Shown here: piece after piece, positions 1-13,149 of the stretch
Position numbering within the stretch: the first letter of the stretch is position 1
Layout: each line of letters begins with the position of its first letter
DNA from: Eledone cirrhosa
Taxonomy: Eukaryota
Assembly: GCA_964016885.1 (NCBI GenBank)
Contig: OZ024745.1
Location: forward strand, 127,720,001-127,784,000
Reading direction: 5' to 3'
DNA: 64,000 nucleotides
Position numbers and translations under genes: made by a program
Notes under the pieces: model-generated
Database searches by the model: none
Told to the model about the DNA's origin: nothing
Seen by the model: the letters and a program-made list of their open reading frames with translations, nothing else

Positions 1-160
1 TGTAGTGATGAAAGAATAACTTAGTAAATTCAAAAAATGTACAATTTACACTGTCAAAAATGAATAAAGTAAAACATAATATGAAAGAAAGTATTACTTT
101 CAACTCTCCGTAGACCACGTTATAGAAATTATTTCTTTCTATTAGCGATACTTATCTTCA

Positions 161-215
161 CTAGCAGAAAAACCAACTTTCGGGTGGTTTTTCTGCTAGC
201 ATGTGTAGTGTGTAT
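161..215 (-). repeat. Short hairpin repeat ending CTGCTAGT (possible Helitron/Helentron-type terminus), copy 1
   Basis: CTAGCAGAAAAACCA...TGGTTTTTCTGCTAG stem; a diverged reverse-complement copy lies at 41857-41912. Confidence 0.55.
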
Positions 216-440
216 CTACATGCATATATACTTGCATTCATTTAAAAATCGATTGACATATATTTATATATAAAATAAACATATCAAACAATCCCAGGTC
301 ATAATTTGTAAAGAGTGTAAATACACATAGTTAAGGAGGTAATAAATTAAAAATTAAACGAGAACTTCAAATATAGATACCTTACAATACAGAGAGTTGG
401 CGCATGTTTCTTAGACATGACATCCTTAATATAATTTTGG

Positions 441-499
<59 letters not shown>

Positions 500-957
500 T
501 TTACTGGTGGATAAAATGTACTGCTGGATAGAAAAAGCACAGTTCATTGGACGAAGTGTGACACATTGCACACAATATATTTCCTCGTTTTAAGCACTTT
601 TTAAATAAGTAAACAAAAAAAGACCATCTAAAAAAAAAAAAAATGCTGTCATTGCATGACTTGCATGTGAAAGGATAATAAAGAATAAAAGTATATATAC
701 AAACAAGACAGCAACAAAAACGTTTTTATTGAGTTCTGGCGATATTTCTTTCGTTTTTATATTTATGTTCGTCTTCCCAGTATGTTTTTATCCTTTACAA
801 ATGAGGCTCAATTATGTCTAGCAGATGTGATATCCCACTTGAATGGTGAGGTCTGTTTATTTAGCAATATCAAGTGTAGAGTCAGACTTAGTCAATGAGC
901 CAAGGAATTTAGTTTTGGTTCGTGGTGCTTAGTGCAACACATTTCTCACTAAGCGTT

Positions 958-1025
<68 letters not shown>

Positions 1026-1145
1026 ACATATATATGTATATATATGTATATATTTGAACATAAATATATATACAATATATATATATATATATGTACAATA
1101 TATACATATATATACATATATATGTGTGTGTATACATACACACAC

Positions 1146-1219
<74 letters not shown>

Positions 1220-1255
1220 GTATACTTGTGTTTGTGTATCTCTCACATTTTCTAA

Positions 1256-1440
1256 ATAATTGTTTCTACTTTTGGCACAAGGCCAGCAATTATCCAGTGC
1301 ATTACTGGTACTTTATTTTATCGACCCCGTAAGGATGAATGGCAAAGTCAACCTCGGCGGGATTTGAACTCACATCGTAAAGGGACGTAACTATGCTGGA
1401 AAGCATGGCGTCCGACCCTCTACCGATACTGCCAATCCAC
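1256..1440 (-). mobile_element. tRNA-derived SINE (family A), short form
   Basis: Minus strand has A-box-like TGGCAGTATCGGTAGAG, B-box GAGTTCAAATCCC, central CTTTGCC(T/A)TTCATCCTTACGGGGTCGATAAAATAAAGTACCAG and tail GTAGAAACAATTA; about 25 copies in window. Confidence 0.9.
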
Positions 1441-2047
1441 ATGATTAAATCATTTTAATCTTCTGACGCATGTTTCTACAAAAAAAACAAAACAAATAGA
1501 AATGAAATTTACTAAAGCTTCATTTTTTATACGTAGACCTATTTATATATCACATGCTGAACTTTGAGACACTTTCTAACCTTTAGAGAAAATAGATAAA
1601 GATGACTCTAATATCGATATGAATCTGGAGCCAAACATTTGTGAAATGTATTGTAACGATCGATATCTATTAAAAGCAATTTAAAGTAAAATTTAACATG
1701 TACACTTTGTTATAGCATCGATAGTTCACCTCTAGTAATTAACAAAATTACTGAATGGCGGACAACATAGGCCACGTACCGTTCCTCTCCGACTAAAAAC
1801 TTTCCGCCTCGGATGGATGCGAAATCCGAAATATAAGGACAATTAAATCTCTTCCAAGGTAACTCTATCTCGTGTTATTATTTTTGCACTCTTTCCTACG
1901 TTCCTCTACACACTATACGTCTCATTCTACATTTTCATCTTACATCTCTCTCTTCACCACCGCATTCTGTTACCCGGAGATTTACCCATCTGCATTGTTG
2001 AGGCTTCCAAAACGACCAAATTTTATATATATATATATATATATATA

Positions 2048-2248
2048 TTATTGAGGGTAAATAGTGAGTCTTGTTACTTTGGAGTTTCACCTAGTTATCA
2101 CAACGTCATCAGAGAAGAACTTGCCTGATAATCCTTTGATAAACAGGCGAAACTCCAAATTAACAAGACTCACTATTTAGCTTCAATAAAAGGAATATTG
2201 AATGTCTACTTCGGTATTGAGTACTCGTTTCTCTCAGGCGTCAACAAC
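2048..2248 (+). mobile_element. Fold-back PLE-type pseudo-LTR fragment with HHR-like cores in both arms
   Basis: Diverged inverted arms 2048-2112 and 2125-2189; CTGATGA..GAAAC on - arm, CTGATAA..GAAAC on + arm; tail motif GTATTGAGTACTC at about 2214-2226; abuts (TA)n. Confidence 0.7.
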
Positions 2249-2622
2249 ATACATACAAGCATCTAGGGCGGGTAAAATTCCAGAGATCCAATGACGAGTT
2301 CTCTCCAGCGGTCTCTGTCCCTCATTATCGCTGCCATGTCCTGCGTCTCCAACAGACCAGTGTCTGTCCTTAGGGCATCAACATACGTTAACCTTGGTCT
2401 TCCTCTTCCAGTATGTCCATGTAGGCTCTCCCACTGGAGCACTGAGTGCAATGTCAACTCTGGATGTCGGTGAGCATGTCTAGATAACCTCAGTCTCCTC
2501 TGTATCACTTTTGAGATGTCTTTGGGAGGTTCCCGTACAGTTCAGAGTTTTTCATCCTCAGTGTATACTGATTAATGTTCAGAGCCATCCTCAGCATTCT
2601 CGTGTAGCACCCATCCACCATC
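2248..2622 (-). mobile_element. RTE-clade LINE, 5'-truncated 3' end (frameshifted ORF2 C-terminus)
   Basis: Joined ORFs read VDGCYTRMLRMALNI..ELYGNLP..QRRLRLSRHAHRH..GRGRPRLTYVDAL..MRDRDRWRELV, typical of the RTE C-terminus; (TATG) tail. Confidence 0.85.
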
Positions 2623-2705
2623 TGAGTGTATATGTATGTAAGTATATATGCACACATATATATATGCGTATTTATATAAATATATATATGTGTACGTACA
2701 CTCAT

Positions 2706-3041
2706 TAATAATTGTTTCTACTTTCGGCAGAAAGTAATAATGGTTTCTTATATAGGCACAAGGCCAGTAATTTGAGGGGAGGGGAAAGTCGATTAAATCG
2801 ACCCCAGTGCGGGACTGATACTTTATTTTATCGATCCCATAAGGATGAAAGGCAAAGTTAACCTCGGCGGGATTTGAGCTCAGATCATAAAGAGCCGTAA
2901 CTCTATGCTGCAAGGCATGGCGTCCGACCCTCTACTGATACTGACAATCCACCGCCCTCACACTAATAATTGTTTCTACTTTAGGCACAAGGCCAGCAAT
3001 AACCCAGTGCATTACTGGTACTTTATTTTATCGACCCCGTA
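2706..3041 (-). mobile_element. SINE family A: long form plus adjacent 3' fragment
   Basis: Same head and core as 1256-1440 with extra GGGGAAAGTCGATTAAATCGAC segment; partial copy at 2964-3041. Confidence 0.88.
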
Positions 3042-3210
3042 ACGAAAGCAAATATATTGTTACTAGATGTATAAACGCGGGTAAGCCTCTACGCAGTCGC
3101 CCAATCTGCTAGATATCGCAAACAAATTCCTTCAAATGAAAATTGATTGGAACGATTAGGGAACATTTTATAAAAAATATATTATTTCCTAAAAAGGGAT
3201 GAGTGCATAT

Positions 3211-3401
3211 AATAATTGTTTCGACTTTTGGCACAAGGCCAGCAATTACCCCAGTGTATTACTGGTAGTTTATTTTGTCGACCCCCGTAAGGATGGAAGG
3301 CAAAGTTAACCTCGGTGGGATTTGAACTCAGACCATAAAGGGCCGTACCTCTTTGCTGCAAAGCATGGCGTCCGATCCTCTACCGATACTGCCAATCCAC
3401 C
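3211..3401 (-). mobile_element. SINE family A with target-site duplication
   Basis: TSD TGAGTGCATAT at 3200-3210 and 3402-3412. Confidence 0.92.
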
Positions 3402-3430
3402 TGAGTGCATATTATAATGTTCTATATATG

Positions 3431-3597
3431 GGCAGTGGATTGGAAGAGAGTCAGACACCATGCTTTGCAGTATAGAGTTCTTAGTTTAAATCCTGCCAAG
3501 GTCAATTTTGCTTTTCGTCCTTACAGAGTCGATAAAATAAAGTACAAGTAATGCACTGGGGTAATTGCTGGCCTTGTGCCGAAAGTAGAAACAATTA
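3431..3597 (+). mobile_element. SINE family A with target-site duplication
   Basis: TSD TTATAATGTTCTATATATG at 3412-3430 and 3595-3613. Confidence 0.9.
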
Positions 3598-3742
3598 TAA
3601 TGTTCTATATATGAAATAAAATAATAATAATTATAAAAGAGAATTAATTATCACGGCTGATAGGTGGTTGATGTTAGGTCTGCTTGATATGGTTTGACCA
3701 TGGGCTAAATTAAAACAGCAACATAAATGATTTGCATTAGGT

Positions 3743-4107
3743 CAGAGGTTCTCAAAGTGGGTGCTACTGGCCCCCGGGGAGAGGCGGTCGTTGAGAATGC
3801 CCAGGGGGTGCTCTGTGGCCTACGGGGTAATCGGGATGATATAATAGTATATTAAATATCAAATGATACATATTATATATAACTATAGTAAAATAAAAGA
3901 TATATATTTATTTATACATAGTATATATTATATGTTTCTTATTATATTATATATTTCTTATATATAAATTATCGATTTTATTTAAGATATATTATTTACA
4001 ATTTGCATGTAGGCAGGTCTCTCTGGATATAGGGTTGGGGGTGAGTGCTGAGTGTATTACGTGGCCGTGGGGGTGGGGGGTGGCCCCCAACAGTTTCAGA
4101 ACCTTTG
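3743..4107. mobile_element. hAT (Charlie-like) MITE
   Basis: Ends CAGAGGTTCTCAAA..TTTCAGAACCTTTG; 8-bp TSD CATTAGGT/TATTAGGT. Confidence 0.8.
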
Positions 4108-4496
4108 TATTAGGTTAACCTGAACTTAATGATTATAAGAAATTCCGTTTTGGTTTGGTCCCATATTGGTATCTGAAATTATAATTGATAATTATCGATT
4201 TATTCATTGTCTCACCATCTAGAATATAATCAATAAATATTGCTTACATCTAGTTTTATTTACAACCAAAGAGATTGAGTCAGCAAGAGCCAGGTGTCTT
4301 AGTCATAAACACAAAACAATAGGGCTGACCACATCTAACACCTCAATTTACACGGTCAATTTTTCACGTGCGTGAGCACATTTATGGATATATGCTTGTG
4401 TGTGTTTGTGTGTGTATGTATGTATGTATGTATGTATGTATGTATGTATGTATGTATGTATGTATGTATGTATGTATGTATGTATGTATGTATGTT

Positions 4497-5040
4497 ATGT
4501 CAGGTCGCTCTCGAGTGCTACTGGTAACATGCAAATCAGTACCACCTGTTTCATGGTCGGGTGATCGGCGACTAAACTGGCAACCCTACACTTCGTGAGG
4601 AGGGTGATATTTGGACACCCTGTGGGGTGACATACAAGACCTGGCAAAGGGTGGAGAAACTCAACAATGTCATCGGCCATCGAAATAGTAGCCTTTTTTT
4701 GGTTTTTACACGAGAGGGAAAGGCCCCCAGTTGATATCACAACACCTTTCTAAGAGAGGGAAACTCCGAAAACAAAACTGCGGCTTCAGGAGCAACCAAT
4801 GATGTTCAGCAGTTCTCCTTTTCATGTAGTGGTTTTTATGCTCAGAGAGTGATATTGGTCGAGTGCATGAACTTTTACCACTTGAAAAAAAGCTTCAAAG
4901 CCCAGGCATTGCTTGTTCAGGATCTGTTACAGGTTTGTGTGGCTGGCCGTAGCTTAAAAGTGCAGCAAACTCTATAATCTGACAAGCGATGGCAATACTC
5001 TTAGCAGAGTTTGCAGCCATCATGTCATCATGTATGTATG
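4497..5040 (+). mobile_element. Non-coding interspersed element (probable non-autonomous RTE derivative), copy 1
   Basis: First ~190 bp similar to reverse complement of ~15800-15992 (ATGTCAGGTC..GAGTGCTACTGGTA..TTGGACACCCTG); runs into (TATG)n; RTE origin is inference. Confidence 0.55.
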
Positions 5041-5073
5041 TATTTATGTATATATGTATATATGTATATATGT

Positions 5074-5128
<55 letters not shown>

Positions 5129-5213
5129 ATATATGTATATGTATATGTATATATATGTATATATATGTATATATATATGCATATATATATGCATATATAT
5201 ATATATATATATG

Positions 5214-5285
<72 letters not shown>

Positions 5286-5288
<3 letters not shown>

Positions 5289-5473
5289 GGTGAGGCAAAA
5301 GTTGCGCCCCATAGGGATAATTTATTATAAGTAAAATTACACATGACAATTTTATTTTCTAGTTATTTTTGAACAGCGCATTTAGCAATTAAATAACTAT
5401 TAAATAAAATGTTCATGTGTAATTATACTTTTAATAAATTATCTCTATGTTGCGCAAATTTTGACTAACCCTG
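5286..5473. mobile_element. Tc1/mariner-type MITE
   Basis: TA-CAGGGT..ACCCTG-TA termini; the whole element is an imperfect palindrome. Confidence 0.8.
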
Positions 5474-5618
5474 TATATATATTATATGTTTATATCTATA
5501 TCTATCTATATATATATATAAAATGACATATAAATATAATGACAACAACAGGATCTAAGCCGACAAGCGAAGTATATCGATGTAAAAGGATATAGGAAAA
5601 TCTGCTTCGTAGAATCAA

Positions 5619-5713
5619 GACGTATCTGAGGACCTTGCGATTTTCAGAGTCAGGTTTGATCATCACATCGATTGTGCCTCGAGCCACAATCGATGAAACA
5701 ATTGTAATATGTC
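5619..5713 (+). ncRNA. Hammerhead-like motif (type I) with extended, irregular stem II
   Basis: GACGTAT-CTGAGGA-[62 nt incl. most of hairpin CATCGATTGTG/CACAATCGATG]-GAA-ACAATTGT-A-ATATGTC; stems I and III pair, base of stem II does not. Confidence 0.5.
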
Positions 5714-5753
5714 CTATAAATCCCATTCGTCGCAACACTGATTCTTTTTTTTT

Positions 5754-5812
<59 letters not shown>

Positions 5813-5816
5813 TATA

Positions 5817-6132
5817 TTTCGTTTCTGAATTTGTTTAGCAAGATTCTTTATCTGAAAACGTGTGTTGAAACCGATATTGTTATACTTTGGGAGGGTCATG
5901 TTGCCAATAAGAAACACACACACCAGTTGCTTTCACTTCAATTTATTATAATAATTTATAAATTTAGGAATTTATAAATTTCCGGTTGGTTGGTTGGTTC
6001 CACAACCAGATTGTTGTTTATATATTGTCAAATTTCTTTCGTCACACATTCTGTGACCTCTTCAGTGACTGAGATTCTTTTCTTTGTCTTTTGTGCCTCT
6101 TCTTTGTTCTGTCCTACGCCATCTTGTTTTTG
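5817..6132 (-). mobile_element. PLE-type pLTR fragment, family B, with HHR motif at 6027-6069
   Basis: Near-identical to 12169-12468; starts at a (TA)n tract. Confidence 0.8.
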
Positions 6133-6164
6133 TGTATGTGTTGTGTCAAAAGTCTTAAATAAAA

Positions 6165-6420
6165 GCCGCAAAGCATTGTGTCTGACTTTCGACTGATACT
6201 GCCAATCAACGAGAAGAGAATGTAGAGTAACCTAATATTGTTTCTACTTTTAGCACAAGACCAGCAATTACCCTAGTACATTATTGGTGCTTTATTTTAT
6301 GGACCCTGTAAGGATGAAAGGCAAATTTAAACTCAGTGGGATTTGAACTCAGATCGTAAAGAGCTATAATTCTATGCTGGAAAGCATCGCGTCCGACCCT
6401 CTACAGATACTGCCAATCCA
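6165..6420 (-). mobile_element. SINE family A (head fragment plus full copy)
   Basis: Full copy 6236-6420 flanked by GTAACCTAA repeats; decayed head at 6165-6210. Confidence 0.85.
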
Positions 6421-6594
6421 AGGAGGGTAACCTAAGATTTTACCCTTTTGAAACTGAGTTTCTATTGATGTTTCTTTTTGTTTGACTTGTATTGATAGTT
6501 GTAGATGTTTAACTTCATCTCAAGTCTGTTTGAGCAGTCCTGTCTTTTTGTGTATCTGAAACTACACTCTACAATAGCTGTCTCTTCTTTAAAG

Positions 6595-6665
6595 TCAGAA
6601 GGGTGTGATTTGAGGGAATTTAGTTGCTATTTCTAGTAGGTTGAGTGACGATGTAGAGGCTCTCA
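6595..6665. repeat. Old interspersed repeat fragment (GATTTGAGGGA..GCTATTTCTAG family)
   Basis: Related segments at about 3088-3140, 8790-8830, 11220-11330 (tandem) and 31450-31490. Confidence 0.5.
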
Positions 6666-6849
6666 TATTAGCTTTTGGTGCTAGTTGATGATGATATGAT
6701 GGTATTAGTGTTGTGGTTTTGCTTATTGCTGTTAATCAATGAGGCTGTCTTAATAAATGCCATATGCAACATTAAATCGTGCAATGGCTCTCTTTAAATG
6801 GGTGATTAGTCGGTACAGTATGAGAGTAGAGAAATACAGGAAAGAGAGA

Positions 6850-6918
<69 letters not shown>

Positions 6919-6971
6919 GCATCTCCCCACACACACAAACATATATATATATACATACATACACACACACA

Positions 6972-7040
<69 letters not shown>

Positions 7041-7042
7041 AC

Positions 7043-7079
<37 letters not shown>

Positions 7080-7083
7080 CATA

Positions 7084-7175
<92 letters not shown>

Positions 7176-7716
7176 ATGGGCAGTGAGATAGAGATATAGA
7201 TACAGAGGTTGAAAAATCTATAGAGGAGAAACATATGATGGAACCACAGGAAACGCATGGAAAGGTGGGGAGGTGAGGACGTCGAGAAATGGAGATTTTA
7301 GCGGGATAGAAGGGAGGTAAGTGGAGAAAACTGCGTAGTGAGGGACATGATTATATTGCAGAATGGACTGGATGGGATTTAATGGAGAAGGTAGGATAGA
7401 GAAAGAGAAGGAGAAGGAGAGATATTTGGATAAGAGAAGGTGTGAGTGAGCTGGAATTCGACATTGGATATGAGAGAGAGGGGGGGGGTATGTGCGAGAG
7501 AGTGAAAAGAGAGAGCAAAAGATAGAGATAGAAATATATATAGAGAGAGAAGCAGTAGGAATAGAGGTGGGGGGGGGGGGGGTCAGAGAGAATAAGACTG
7601 AAAGAAAGTGGAAGAGAGAGAAAGAGGAGAAAGAGCAAAGATAGTGAAAAATGTTGGAAGGAGAGATGGTAAGAAAGAGATGAAATACGACATAGTATGA
7701 GATAGAACCTGTGAAT

Positions 7717-7768
<52 letters not shown>

Positions 7769-7780
7769 TATATATATATA

Positions 7781-7961
7781 AGGAGGCGTGGTAAGGAACC
7801 AGATGGACCATAACGCACCAGAGTACTCAATACTTAGGGTAGTAGAGCGGGAAATAGGAGAAAGTATGACTCCTACGGCAGAGCTCAAGCCGTTTCGACG
7901 GCTATTTCTGGACTAGCCGTCGAAACGGCTTGAGCTCTGCCGTCGGGGTCATACTTTCTCC

Positions 7962-7964
<3 letters not shown>
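7781..7964 (-). mobile_element. Fold-back element family A' (GAGCTC family) in (TA)n
   Basis: Arms 7854-7904 and 7914-7964 around loop TTTCTGGAC; GTCGAAAC half-core; tail with GAGTACTCAATAC at 7821-7833; (TA)n on both sides. Confidence 0.85.
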
Positions 7965-8028
<64 letters not shown>

Positions 8029-8300
8029 GGGGAGATGGAGTGAGAGTGAGAGAGAGACGAGAGGAATAGAGAGGGGGATTGGAGGGTGAGTCAGAGAGAC
8101 AGAGAGACTGATAGATATAGTGAGAGATAGAGATATAGAGAAATATAGGCAACAGGAATAGAGAGGGGTATTGGAGGGTGAGAGATGGAGTAAGAGAGAG
8201 GGAGGTAAAGTTGCAATGAGAGGAAAACTGAAAAGTTGAAGAAGGAAAACTGAAGAATATTAAAATATAGGAAGAAAAGTGAAATGGAGGAGAAGGAAGT

Positions 8301-8416
8301 ATAATAATTGTTTCTACTTTTGGCACAAGGCCAGCAATACCCAGTGCATTACTGGTACTTTATTTTATCGACCCCGTAAGGATGAAAGGCAAAGTTAACC
8401 TCGGCGGGATTTGAAC
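8301..8416 (-). mobile_element. SINE family A, 5'-truncated
   Basis: B-box to tail only. Confidence 0.85.
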
Positions 8417-9149
8417 ATAATGTATGTGTGGGACATCATTTATGATAAAAGGATGGTGGAAACATAAAGTTGGTAGAGTGTCTGTTGGTGAAAGAAATGG
8501 GAAAGTCATGGGAAGGAACAAATGAGGGACCTCGTTTGCCTTAAAAATGTGAGGGGGATAAACCAACATTTGTTGATTCTTAAAGGAGCATAAATTGCTT
8601 ATGGTGCCTTTCCCGGACCCTACCACATAAGTAAAATTTTACGCTAATTAAATTTTATATATTCAAATGAAGTTCAGATAAATAAGATTAAAAAGAATTT
8701 ATTATATCAAATAAAGAAAAAATAAAATATAGACGTCTGAAACAATGCCGTTGGAACAAATAGATTTCCCCTTTAAAATAACAAGGAATGATTTGAAGAA
8801 GATTCGGCTGCTATTTCTAGCAAGCCAGGAGACAGCTTAGACTTGTGTCTGAGTCTGTGTATGTAGGAGGTAGTATAAAATATAAGGGTTAGGTATTTAT
8901 ATTGAACAGAAGTCAGAAAAACTAAGAATAAAAACACCACCCTTATTGTGTCCAGTACCACAGCCCACCTAGAAACTACAAGGTCCAGCTCTTCTTGTCC
9001 AGATCGTCCTTCCTACAGAGCTCCTTCTTTGCTCAGGGGTGGATTTGCAACAGTTTAAATGGAACATTAACAAAACAGACCCCCACCCTCCTGTGTTGAC
9101 ATTTTTCTCACTGGGCCCTCATTTTTTTTTTTTTTATTCAATATCCCAC

Positions 9150-9445
9150 TAGCTTTTAGTTGTTTGAGCGTCGGGCTTGCAGTTGAGAAGTTGTGAGTTC
9201 GATTGTCGGGCCGGGTGATGCGTTGTGTTCTTGAGCAAGACACTTTATTTCACGTTGTTCCAGTTTACTCAGCTCTAAAAATGAGTTGCGACGTCACTGC
9301 CCTTCCTTCGGACCACATCGGTGGCGTGGAGAGGGGAGACTGGTATGCATGGGTGACTGCTGGTCTTTCACAAACAAACCTTGCTCATGTTTGTTCCTCT
9401 GAGGGAAAAATTCAAGGTCATTAATGACCAAGGATGGGTCTTTTA
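9150..9445 (+). mobile_element. tRNA-derived CORE-type SINE
   Basis: B-box GAGTTCGATT followed by CORE-like TGTGTTCTTGAGCAAGACACTTTATTTCACGTTGTTCCAGTTTACTCAGCTCTAAAAATGAGT. Confidence 0.7.
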
Positions 9446-9730
9446 AACTATATTTAATTCGCGCCCGTGTACGCACATACACATACATAGAGCAAGTGAG
9501 AGAGGGAGAGAGAGAGAGAGAAAGAAAAGGGAGAAAAATAGATAGATAGATAGATAGATAAATAGATAGGTAGATGGATGGAGAGAGAGAGAGAGAGAGA
9601 GAGAGACAGATTTTGAAATCTGAGACGATCTGTCAGAGTTTTGTCAAACATCATCTTCGAATAAATATATGAACTTTAAAGACGTGTCTTGAGTACTTTT
9701 TCTCTCATTTGTAAACACACACACACAAAC

Positions 9731-9897
<167 letters not shown>

Positions 9898-10224
9898 CAT
9901 ACAGAAAATAAAACATCACACACACATATATATATATATATTTCTCTTTTAGTTACCATTCCGAATCTTTCCGCACTCGTCTTTATTTTAATATGTTCAC
10001 GCTGTATTTATTTTGTTTTAGTTTTCTTACGAGCAGTTTTTACTGCCATATATTTGGATATGGTAACTAATTCTCCAATGTAGAGAATGGTAACAGATTC
10101 GCTATTATCTCCGAATTAAGCGGCATATAAAATATATCACAACGCTTACAAAGGGAAAGACGCAGTAATTGGACTTGCCGGAAGAAAAAAACACACAAGT
10201 TTGACGAATTAGAGAATTTATACA

Positions 10225-10325
<101 letters not shown>

Positions 10326-10913
10326 CCACCCACACACAAACACGTACGCACACATGCGCACGCAAACACGTACATACACGCTTACACATACACATAAACA
10401 CACACACACACACGCTCAAACACGCACAAACACACACGCACGCAAACACTTACACACATGCACACACACACTGACACGCACAAACACACACGCATTCAAA
10501 CACATACACGCCTACACACACACACACACGCGCGCAAACACATACATACACGCCTACACATACACACAAACACACACACGCACACACAAAGACGCACGCA
10601 CACATACGCACGCAAACACGTACATACACGCCTACACATACACACATACATACACAGACATGCATATATACACACCTACACACACACACATATACACACA
10701 GTTACACACACTCACACACATACATACGCATATATGTGCTTGTGGATGTGTGAGACAGTGTGTGTATTTGTTCGATATTGGAGTAGTACTCGGTACAGGC
10801 TTGTTGTATAAGTATGGAGAGATTGGAAATATGTCTTCATTGTATATAGTATACATAGTCGATATCAAATTTATAGAGATCATCGCTGATAACTTACACT
10901 TCGATGATGTATT

Positions 10914-11101
10914 AATAATCGTTTCTACTTTAGGCACAAAGCCAGAAATTACCCAGTACATTATTGGTACTTTATTTTATCGACGCAGTAAGGATGAAAG
11001 GTAAAGTTAACCTCGGCGGGATTTGAACTCAGATCATAAAGAGAGGTAACTCTATGCTTCAAAGCATGGCGTCCGACCCTCGACCTATACTGCCAAACCA
11101 C
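10914..11101 (-). mobile_element. SINE family A
   Basis: Full-length match to family. Confidence 0.9.
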
Positions 11102-11488
11102 ATACAATTAAAAGTAAATCTATATCAACTTTTCTTTATGGAATTTGAGACAGGCTTCTCAAAATATGGCTATCCTTAGCGTAGTACATATCCGAACACA
11201 CGGACGTGAGCTATATTTTCTCTACATGGTCACTTGATTTGGTGAAAATAGCAGCCAGTACATATCATAACATACTAACGTGAGTCCTATTTCTCTACGT
11301 GGTCACTCGATTTGGTGAAAATAGCAGTCAAAACTGCATGGAATATTACCCTGCTCACTTGCAAAAGGAAGGCTACATCGGATAATATGGTTCTAGAGAT
11401 ACAAAAAGTCAAAATGATCGTTTCTAACTGATGGTTTAAACAGCAACAACATGAACCAAACTCTAAAACAACACAAAACTAGATACAG

Positions 11489-11548
<60 letters not shown>

Positions 11549-11549
<1 letters not shown>

Positions 11550-11731
11550 GTTATTCCGGGTTGAATCGGAGGTAACCACAGTAAGTAAGGTACTCAATAC
11601 ATAGCAGAGTATAACAGTTTTAATATAGATGAGATTCTACAGGACTAGAACTGTTTCATTCATTAGAATGATTCCTGATGATTTCTAATGAATGAAACAG
11701 TTCTAGTCCTGTAGAATCTCATCTATATTAA

Positions 11732-11735
<4 letters not shown>
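11549..11735. mobile_element. Fold-back element family C in (TA)n with HHR-like core
   Basis: Perfect 53-bp arms 11616-11668 and 11683-11735; CTGATGA (11675-11681)..GAAAC at the junction; GTACTCAATAC at 11590-11600; related fragment at 27050-27110. Confidence 0.8.
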
Positions 11736-11793
<58 letters not shown>

Positions 11794-11925
11794 GCTACTA
11801 CTACTACCACTACTACTACTGTTGCTGTTGCTACTACTACTACTACTGTTGCTGCTGCTACTACCACTATCATTATTATCATCATTATTATCATATTTAC
11901 ATATATATATATATATATATATATT

Positions 11926-11965
11926 CCGAGCTGAGGATCCACTAAGGTGAAACAATTGTTCTCGG
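11926..11965 (+). ncRNA. Minimal type-I hammerhead ribozyme motif
   Basis: CCGAG-CTGAGGA-TCCACTAAGGT-GAA-ACAATTGT-T-CTCGG: 5-bp stem I, palindromic stem III, GUU site; weak stem II. Confidence 0.75.
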
Positions 11966-12015
11966 TATGGTGAACTAACTGTTGTGTAACCCCTACTATA
12001 TATATATATATATAC

Positions 12016-12160
<145 letters not shown>

Positions 12161-12168
12161 TATATATA

Positions 12169-12729
12169 TTTCGTTTCTGAATTTGTTTAGCAAGATTCTT
12201 TATCTGAAAACGTGTGTTGAAACCGATATTGTTATACTTTGGGAGGGTCATGTTGCCAATAAGAAACACACGCACCAGTTGCTTTCACTTCAATTTATTA
12301 TAATAAATTTATAAATTTAGGAATTTATAAATTTCCGGTTGGTTGGTTCCACAACCAGATGGTTGTTTATATATTGTCAAAGTTCTTTGGTCACACATTC
12401 TGTGACCTCTTCAGTGACTGGTGATTCTTTTCTTTGTTTTTTGTGCCTCTCCTTTGTTCTGTCCTACGAAAAAACAAGATGGCGTAGGACAGAACAAAGG
12501 AGAGGCACAAAAAACAGAGAAAAGAATCCCCAGTCACTGAAGAGGTCACAGAATGTGTGACGAAAGAACTTTGACAATATATAAACAACCATCTGGTTGT
12601 GGAACCAACCAACCAACCGGAAATTTATAAATTCCTAAATTTATAAATTTATTATAATAAATTGAAGTGAAAGCAACTGGTGCGTGTGTTTCTTATTGGC
12701 AACATGACCCTCCCAAAGTATAACAATAT
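12169..12729. mobile_element. Fold-back element family B: ~243-bp inverted arms with an HHR motif in each
   Basis: Arms 12226-12468 and 12483-12729, 14-nt spacer, 57-bp one-sided extension, (TA)n both sides. Confidence 0.88.
12533..12575 (+). ncRNA. Minimal type-I hammerhead ribozyme motif
   Basis: GTCA-CTGAAGA-G-GTCACA GAATG TGTGAC-GAA-AGAACT-T-TGAC. Confidence 0.65.
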
Positions 12730-12794
12730 ATATATATACATACATATATATATATATGTATATATATATATGTGTATATACATGTATATATACG

Positions 12795-12917
<123 letters not shown>

Positions 12918-12927
12918 ATACATACAT

Positions 12928-12982
<55 letters not shown>

Positions 12983-13149
12983 CCAGCCTTTTACAATCTA
13001 CTCGGATTACATGATTGGCTGTACTTACACTAAAATAATCAAATACAAATAAGAAGTATATCATGTGTTCTTATCCACAATGAATAAGGTTAAATGTCAA
13101 ATAAAATAAATCAGCCATTTTTTAATAGTGATTTTTATCTTAAGAGGGC

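Noticed and set aside
1256-1440. tRNA genes suggested by A and B boxes
   Set aside because: No cloverleaf; they are SINE heads with a shared core, tail and TSDs
12169-12729. Interpretation of the (TA)n-embedded hairpins as TA-targeting MITEs
   Set aside because: Arm lengths vary between copies, extensions are one-sided, solo arms exist and HHRs are present; contrast the true MITE at 5286-5473
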